From Candidatus Hadarchaeota archaeon (GTDB lineage Archaea > Hadarchaeota > Hadarchaeia > Hadarchaeales > Hadarchaeaceae), in the NCBI GenBank assembly GCA_964514965.1, contig CAZETV010000001.1:663063-695062 (forward strand): a stretch of DNA of 32,000 bases, given 5' to 3'. This document shows, one piece after another, positions 26,785-32,000 of the stretch; positions within the stretch are counted from its first letter, which is position 1; each line of letters opens with the position of its first letter. The position numbers and the translations under genes were made by a program. A model generated the notes under the pieces. It was not told the origin of the DNA. It saw nothing but the letters and a program-made list of their open reading frames with translations, and searched no databases.

Positions 26785-27143
26785 GAAACTTCTGTGGCCA
26801 CCCGATCACCATGACCGCCGAACTGGCTACCATCGACACCTTCGAGAGAGCTAATGTTATCAAGCAAACAACTTAGCAAGGCAACGAAAATTCTTAAGCG
26901 CGAGCTCAAACTCTCCGTGAACCAATTGCATCAATGTTTCAGGTATTCCTCACCGAGAGAGAAGCCGGGTCGGCCGATGATGGCAAAAGCGTTCATGCCC
27001 TCCACCGCGCCTTGTTAAAGAGCGGAGTCTTCATCGCGCCCTCGCAGCTCGAGTGCTGGTTTACCTCTGCTGAACACGATAACAATGACCTCAAAATCAT
27101 CCTGCTAGCCATAACAAATGCGGCTGGAGAAATTTCAAAATGA
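26785..27143 (+). pseudogene. Degenerate second copy of the hemL 3' end
   Basis: CGHP-like start (tgtggccacccgatcaccatgacc), ELATIDTFERA, then MFQVFLTEREAGSADDGKSVHALHRALLKSGVFIAPSQLECWFTSAEHDNNDLKIILLAITNAAGEISK parallels the hemL C-terminus. Confidence 0.8.
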
Positions 27144-27269
27144 TAAAACGGTCCCCCAGCTCAGCCAGACCACGCGAAAAATAACCACCCAAAAATAGCT
27201 AGATAGATTCATGAAGTTAATTTTCCCATTTTTCCTGACGATTTAGAGGCGTTCTACGCCGTTTTTTTC

Positions 27270-28430
27270 CTATCGCATAAGCGCGGCCAACAGGGCGAAC
27301 ACGGCGACCGCGAATCCCGCACCCACGTAAAACGTCACGTCAAGCCCACCAGCGACGAAGACCAGCCCCATCAGCATGGGACCCAAGGTCTGCCCCAGCC
27401 GCAAGACCGTTCCGTTTATCGACATGAACGCCGCGCGGTGCCTCATGGGTGCCAATCCAGTCAAAGAGGTCTGGAGACTAGGTATGTTCAAGCCGTGGGC
27501 GACCCCAAATATCATTGTGGGCACTAACAAAACTGCTAGGTTGGGGCAAAGGGTATCATTACCAATGCCAGGATGTACAAAGCGAAGGCGGTCTTGAGAA
27601 GCGTCTTCCACGAGTATGTTTTCGCTAACCTCCACAGCTGCGATGCTGTCACCGCTGTGGAGAAGGACATGCTCGTCATTATCAAACCTATCACGAGCGC
27701 GGGAGCTCCAAACGAATTCCTAATCAAAAACGGGAAATATGTCAAGTAGGAGCCGTAGAGAATGATGAAAGTTATGGCGCCAGCTGTGAAGAGCGCGAAC
27801 GCCTGACGGTTCCTCATACTATGCCATACCCCCACCAGATACAACCTGAGCGGTTGGGTGTTCTTCGGCTCGGGATTTTTCAAAAAAAAGCAAGACAATG
27901 AATCCGATTGGGATGGCGACGAGAGAAAGGAGGAAAGGGTAGTACCACCCCAACATCGCGAGCGCCCCTCCAAGAGCCGGATAGCTCGCCGTCCCTACGC
28001 TCAGCACGCTTGCATTGTATCCCATGGCGGTCGCGCGCTCCCTTCCCGAGTAAAGGTCACCGATGAGTGTGATATTAAGTGAAGCGAGGGATGCGGCACC
28101 TATTCCTTGAAAGAAACTGAGGGCTAGCAGAATGTTGAAATCTCGTGCGAACGTACATGTGCCTCCAGCTATACCGAAGAGCATCAGCGATGGGATGAGA
28201 ACCGTCTTCCTTCCCCATCGGTCAGCTAGTATACCCAAAATCGGCGTGAGTAGTACTCCAGGGAAGGTAAAAATCGTGATGAGCAACCCTACATCCTGTG
28301 TCGGGATATTCAGTTCCTGTGCCACCATCGGGAAAGCAAGGGTAATGCTAGCGACACCCAGGACGGCCATCAGGGTGATGCTGAATATGATTAGGAGGTT
28401 CGTTTCCCGGTAAAGTTTTCTTTCGCTCAT
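27270..28430 (-). pseudogene. MFS transporter split over three frames (two apparent frameshifts)
   Basis: Segments 28430-27819, 27973-27536 and 27635-27270 tile one MFS protein; one break at the A8 tract 27882-27889, another near 27540. Confidence 0.78.
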
Positions 28431-28476
28431 AAACTCTCACTCGACCAAATGAAATTTCGATGCTACAAATTTAGGT

Positions 28477-28725
28477 CTATTGCAACACCGCTACGTAATC
28501 CCCGAGAGCTACCCGTTTTTCCACCACTTTCCTCACGATTGGGAACGTCACCAACACAATCGACAACCCAACGAGAAATCCAAAAACAACTCCTCAACCA
28601 TTTTTGTAAAAAGTCAGGGGGGAACCAACGTGTATGTACGTGGGTATTAATGACACTAAAAATGCCATCGACACAAACATGAGAAACGCTGTTAAAACTG
28701 TCGCGTGTTTTTTACAGATTTTCAT
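28477..28725 (-). pseudogene. DUF2798-like small membrane protein with in-frame TGA (28594-28596)
   Basis: MKICKKHATVLTAFLMFVSMAFLVSLIPTYIHVGSPLTFYKNG*GVVFGFLVGLSIVLVTFPIVRKVVEKRVALGDYVAVLQ. Confidence 0.55.
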
Positions 28726-28729
28726 GTCC

Positions 28730-29117
28730 TCACCCCTCTAAATTTTTCACAAGTTGCTTAACTTTCTCCCTAATCACATTTCTAACTTCTCGGAATTTTT
28801 CTATGGACTTGCCATCTGGATCCTCAATGCCCCAGTCTTCGGCCTCAACCATCGCGCTAGGGCAAATGTCACTAACCACACACACCATGGTTATAACTCG
28901 ACCAACATCGCCAAACATCTCAAAAGTCAACAGTTTTGGCTTCACTTGGCTGATATCGATTCCAACTTCTTTCATTACCTAAATCGCAAAAGGGTTTACA
29001 CTATGGGCAGGTCTTGTTCCAGCGCTGCTCGCCGTCGCTATCTTTGACATTTGATTGAAAAATGCTTCTGCCATTTGGCTGCGACAGGAGTTCTCCACAC
29101 ACGAATAGAACTTTCAA
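28730..29117 (-). pseudogene. Low-molecular-weight phosphatase / arsenate reductase-like gene with frameshift and in-frame TAG
   Basis: MKVLFVC (frame 1) then VENSCRSQMAEAFFNQMSKIATASSAGTRPAHSVNPFAI*VMKEVGIDISQVKPKLLT...WGIEDPDGKSIEKFREVRNVI; TAG at 28979-28981; shift in GT repeat near 29096-29103. Confidence 0.75.
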
Positions 29118-29126
29118 TACCCTCAC

Positions 29127-30143
29127 CTAGCTGGAAACTTTGTCGATGACCGCAACGAATCCCTTCAAAATCATCGAAAGAGTCTCTTCGAACTTCTTCC
29201 TATCGAGGGCGACCTTCTCCAATCCATCGGGAAATTTAATCGTCAGAATCAAATCAAGCCAGTTCTCGCGAGGAATCACAGTGCTCTCTCCTCCCAGCCC
29301 CGCAAGCAGTTCCTCCGCCATCTCGATCGATTTTTGAGCCTCCTGCTCCGATTTGAACTTCAGAGGGTAGTGGATGATCGCCGTAGCCATGAGCCCCACT
29401 TCATCCTTGTTGAGGTAGAACCGGAAGACCTTCCCCTCGAATTCACCATAGAAGTGATCAGTGCTCTTGTCAAATCCTAGCTCGACGAAAGCCTCTTTCA
29501 AATGCTTCGGAACCTTGTCCATTACGCACCCGCAGAGTGCCGCCGTTAATGTAGGCTCAACCAACAAATTGACGAGTTTAACGAACTGATCGAACGGAAT
29601 ACCAATTGCGAGTTCATTCTCATTATAGCCAGCGATGTCCCTCGCTCCCCCGCATAACAGTGTCAGGTTCGGTCTTTTCTCTACGTAGGGTAGGGCCGTC
29701 ACCTCTCCAGCTATAGCTGAGGCTTCACTCGTCATGCTTGCCTCAAGCCGCTTTCGGGTCGATCGGTGCAACACCTGCAAAATCTGCATCATTCGCGCTG
29801 GATCGGTTATCGTGATCACTACGTCTGGCTCTTGCTCGCTTTTCTCAAAAGGTGCCACTAAAACCGACTTCGTCCGAGCCGGTTTCACTCGAGGATAAAT
29901 ATCTACATACTTCGGCTCTGTGAACCCTAGAATCACTCGAGCGGTGAAGTTGTGAAGGTCGTTCTCGGTTATCAAGTAAGATTCGCCCTCATGCGCTGCT
30001 TTCCGGACGAACTCGCAGAATAGCGAGGGCGCCTTAGGCCGCGGGGCACTGATTTCCTCGTCTGAAATTTTTATCGCCACGGGACTAGTTGGGAGCTGAA
30101 AGAACTTCTTGAACTTTTTTGAAAGCTCCTCTAAACTTTTCAC
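29127..30143 (-). CDS. DUF169 (COG2043) protein with C-terminal extension domain
   Basis: LPTSPVAIKISDEE; SLFCEFVRKAAHEGESYLITENDLHNFTARVILGF; ELAIGIPFDQFVKLV; about 115 residues follow the usual domain. Confidence 0.75.
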   Translation of the reverse strand: MKSLEELSKKFKKFFQLPTSPVAIKISDEEISAPRPKAPSLFCEFVRKAAHEGESYLITENDLHNFTARVILGFTEPKYVDIYPRVKPARTKSVLVAPFEKSEQEPDVVITITDPARMMQILQVLHRSTRKRLEASMTSEASAIAGEVTALPYVEKRPNLTLLCGGARDIAGYNENELAIGIPFDQFVKLVNLLVEPTLTAALCGCVMDKVPKHLKEAFVELGFDKSTDHFYGEFEGKVFRFYLNKDEVGLMATAIIHYPLKFKSEQEAQKSIEMAEELLAGLGGESTVIPRENWLDLILTIKFPDGLEKVALDRKKFEETLSMILKGFVAVIDKVSS

Positions 30144-31337
30144 TTATTCCACCTCAACACCGTAAGCTCGAGCGATTTCGTAAAATGCATCGACGACTTT
30201 CTGGAGCTGCTCCTTGGTCAACCCATAAGTGTTGAGCTTCATCATCTTGGTCATCCCCGCGTGAATACCCGCAATTTTCCTTTTCTTGAGTTCCTCATAC
30301 AGGAAGAAACCTCTCCGCGGGTGTTTCTTCGCGACTTTGTGGAAGGACGGAGTTTCAAAGGCTACCAATGTATGTTGTCGTGGGCGCTCCCCAAGTTGGT
30401 GGAAGTCTTTAATGCGTTCGAACTCCTTGACCAACCACCTAACCTTTTCCACCTCCTCATCCCAACGCTTGACCCGCTCGACCACATGTGGAAAACTCGC
30501 CATCAACGTCGCGATGGGGGCACCAAAGACCGGCGGGCACCCAAAAAGGTAGACATCTTTCTTGGTGAAAGCACGACCACTCCATGGCCCCTTAATCGTC
30601 GAAGTTCGGAATACCTTTCCCGAGAACTCATAGGTGGTGGCGAGCATTCCAATAGGACCACTCGATGACCACGACTTATGCCCACTACAAACCAAGAAAT
30701 CAACCCCCAGTTTCTTCCCATCGACAGGCATCACGCCCGCAGTATAAGCAGCGTTGAGAATGTAGGGCACTCCGTATTCCTTCGCTATCTCCCCTACCCC
30801 AGCGGCATCGACGAGGTTCCCGTAACGGTAGTCCACATGCGTGAGCAAAATTGCCGCTGGAAGCTCTCCTGTTTCCCGCTTGACCTCCTCAATCTTCGCC
30901 GCGTAATCATCGATTTTTATTTTGAATTCGGGATATCCTCCGTGAGGCACTTCAACTATTTTGAGGCCGTTAACTTCAGCTGCGATATAGGTGGTGTAAT
31001 GCGCAAGCGAGTCAATCACAATTGTATCGCCTGGCTCCGCGATTGACTTGAAGATTGCCTGCTTTGCGCCCCGAGCTCCAGGCGTGAATTGGACTTCATC
31101 CATATTCAAGAACTTTGCAACATCACTTGCAAAATCTAAAATAGGCGGCGTTTTTACTAGGTCTATACGGCTCTCAAGACAGAGGTCGCAGGTGCTGTAT
31201 CCATCGCCGAAGGAAAGCAAAGCCTTTCTGGACTCGGGCGGCAACACACCACCGCGTTGGATGGGATGGACGTTAATCCAACTCTCGTCAACCACCCGGC
31301 GAAGGTTTTTGTATTTATCGACATTTATTTTAACCAT
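30144..31337 (-). CDS. pscS: Sep-tRNA:Cys-tRNA synthase (SepCysS)
   Basis: INVHPIQRGGVLPPESRKALLSFGDGYSTCDLCLESRIDLVKTPPI; VCSGHKSWSSSGPIGML (PLP Lys); LFGCPPVFGAPIATLMASFPHV. Start ATG 31337 preferred over track 31358. Confidence 0.93.
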   Translation of the reverse strand: MVKINVDKYKNLRRVVDESWINVHPIQRGGVLPPESRKALLSFGDGYSTCDLCLESRIDLVKTPPILDFASDVAKFLNMDEVQFTPGARGAKQAIFKSIAEPGDTIVIDSLAHYTTYIAAEVNGLKIVEVPHGGYPEFKIKIDDYAAKIEEVKRETGELPAAILLTHVDYRYGNLVDAAGVGEIAKEYGVPYILNAAYTAGVMPVDGKKLGVDFLVCSGHKSWSSSGPIGMLATTYEFSGKVFRTSTIKGPWSGRAFTKKDVYLFGCPPVFGAPIATLMASFPHVVERVKRWDEEVEKVRWLVKEFERIKDFHQLGERPRQHTLVAFETPSFHKVAKKHPRRGFFLYEELKKRKIAGIHAGMTKMMKLNTYGLTKEQLQKVVDAFYEIARAYGVEVE

Positions 31338-31413
31338 TAACTCACCTTTGAAAAACATTCACAGGTTATAACCCTAAATAACCTTCTTTATAAATTGGGA
31401 GTAGTTGGTTAAT

Positions 31414-31790
31414 ATGGCCGAAGAACTCACCGATCGATTGCTTCGCCAGCCCCCGACGACCGTGGTAGATTTAGTGATGACCGCGAATGGGCTGAAAACT
31501 GGCTCAGAGATTTTGCGAAATCAACGAGATGAAGAGCTTGAGCGGATTATCAAGGAAATGGGATTAATCTATGAGTGGAAAGACGGGTTCTATCTTGTTG
31601 CTTGCTCGAAGGAAGATATAACCAAGCAGGTACCGACTCGGTCTCGCGCGGACAGTGGTTCGGCATCCCCGAGTGCTATATCCAGAACTATCAGGGAAAA
31701 GACAAGGAGGAGCTTCGAAAGCGGCTCACGCTCGAGGAACTCGAACTCCTCGAACGGAGCGAGGGCGTGCCTGATGAGTTCTACCTCTGA
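31414..31790 (+). pseudogene. Uncharacterised archaeal protein split by apparent frameshift between about 31625 and 31660
   Basis: MAEELTDRLLRQPPTTVVDLVMTANGLKTGSEILRNQRDEELERIIKEMGLIYEWKDGFYLV... continues in another frame as WFGIPECYIQNYQGKDKEELRKRLTLEELELLERSEGVPDEFYL. Confidence 0.5.
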
Positions 31791-31793
31791 TCG

Positions 31794-31970
31794 ATGGGTT
31801 ACATCCCATGCAACATGAGGTGCAAACACACTTTAGATCGTGGGCAAAAAACGCGCGCTGCGCTTGACCAAATTGACTCACGCCTCTGGCAAAAGTTCAG
31901 AAATTTCCACATCCACCGAAGACTCGCAGAGTACGGCGGAGAAATCAGAGTGGCAGAAAGGCGAAAATAG
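31794..31970 (+). CDS. Short uncharacterised ORF (58 aa)
   Basis: MGYIPCNMRCKHTLDRGQKTRAALDQIDSRLWQKFRNFHIHRRLAEYGGEISVAERRK; follows the preceding gene by 3 nt; absent from the track. Confidence 0.35.
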   Translation: MGYIPCNMRCKHTLDRGQKTRAALDQIDSRLWQKFRNFHIHRRLAEYGGEIRVAERRK

Positions 31971-32000
31971 AATCTGATATTTTAAATATTCATGCCTCCG

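Noticed and set aside
14368-28981. Possible TAG recoding (pyrrolysine) given two in-frame ambers in YHS-like and ArsC-like genes
   Set aside because: The ArsC-like gene also has a frameshift and neighbours carry a TGA stop and other frameshifts, so decay or sequencing error is simpler. Only a whole-genome check for pyl genes could reopen it.
1-32000. CRISPR array, transposase, or defence system
   Set aside because: No regular direct-repeat/spacer pattern, no transposase or nuclease motifs seen by eye. The interesting content is metabolic and regulatory.

Overview
Archaeal window. Support comes from TATA-type, near-leaderless promoters, Sep-tRNA:Cys-tRNA synthase and an archaeal ThrRS editing domain. 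It is almost entirely a sulfur / Fe-S / tetrapyrrole island. Left part: a NifS/IscS-like cysteine desulfurase, an IscU-like scaffold, an unknown Cys-rich protein, an HTH regulator with a Cys-rich tail, tRNA-Cys(GCA), a stand-alone ThrRS editing domain, a Cu-type P1B ATPase, a THUMP-less ThiI-like PP-loop protein, Thi4, and the three-gene homocysteine set (COG1900-CBS, NIL-ferredoxin, UPF0280). Middle: a MoaD/ThiS-like protein, a rubrerythrin-like protein, a PadR-TRASH-like regulator and a second CopA with YHS proteins. Right: a single-strand run tauE-aprA-aprB-sat-met8-hemB-hemC-hemA-cobA/hemD-hemL-sir-tusA. This run looks like an assimilatory sulfate reduction operon combined with the C5-to-siroheme cofactor pathway. 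A decayed stretch (hemL tail copy, MFS, DUF2798-like, ArsC-like) follows, then DUF169 and SepCysS. The two most notable signals are not genes in the ORF track. (1) A shared inverted repeat, ATAAC-N3-GTTAT, sits in the core promoter region of several sulfur-related units, including the candidate regulator's own promoter. (2) A 16-codon Cys-rich leader ORF (MVMMMRDLVCPCCVCC) lies immediately downstream of one such site and upstream of the sulfate-assimilation operon, suggesting Cys-tRNA-responsive attenuation in an archaeon. All assignments come from reading motifs and protein sequence by eye; no database search was run.
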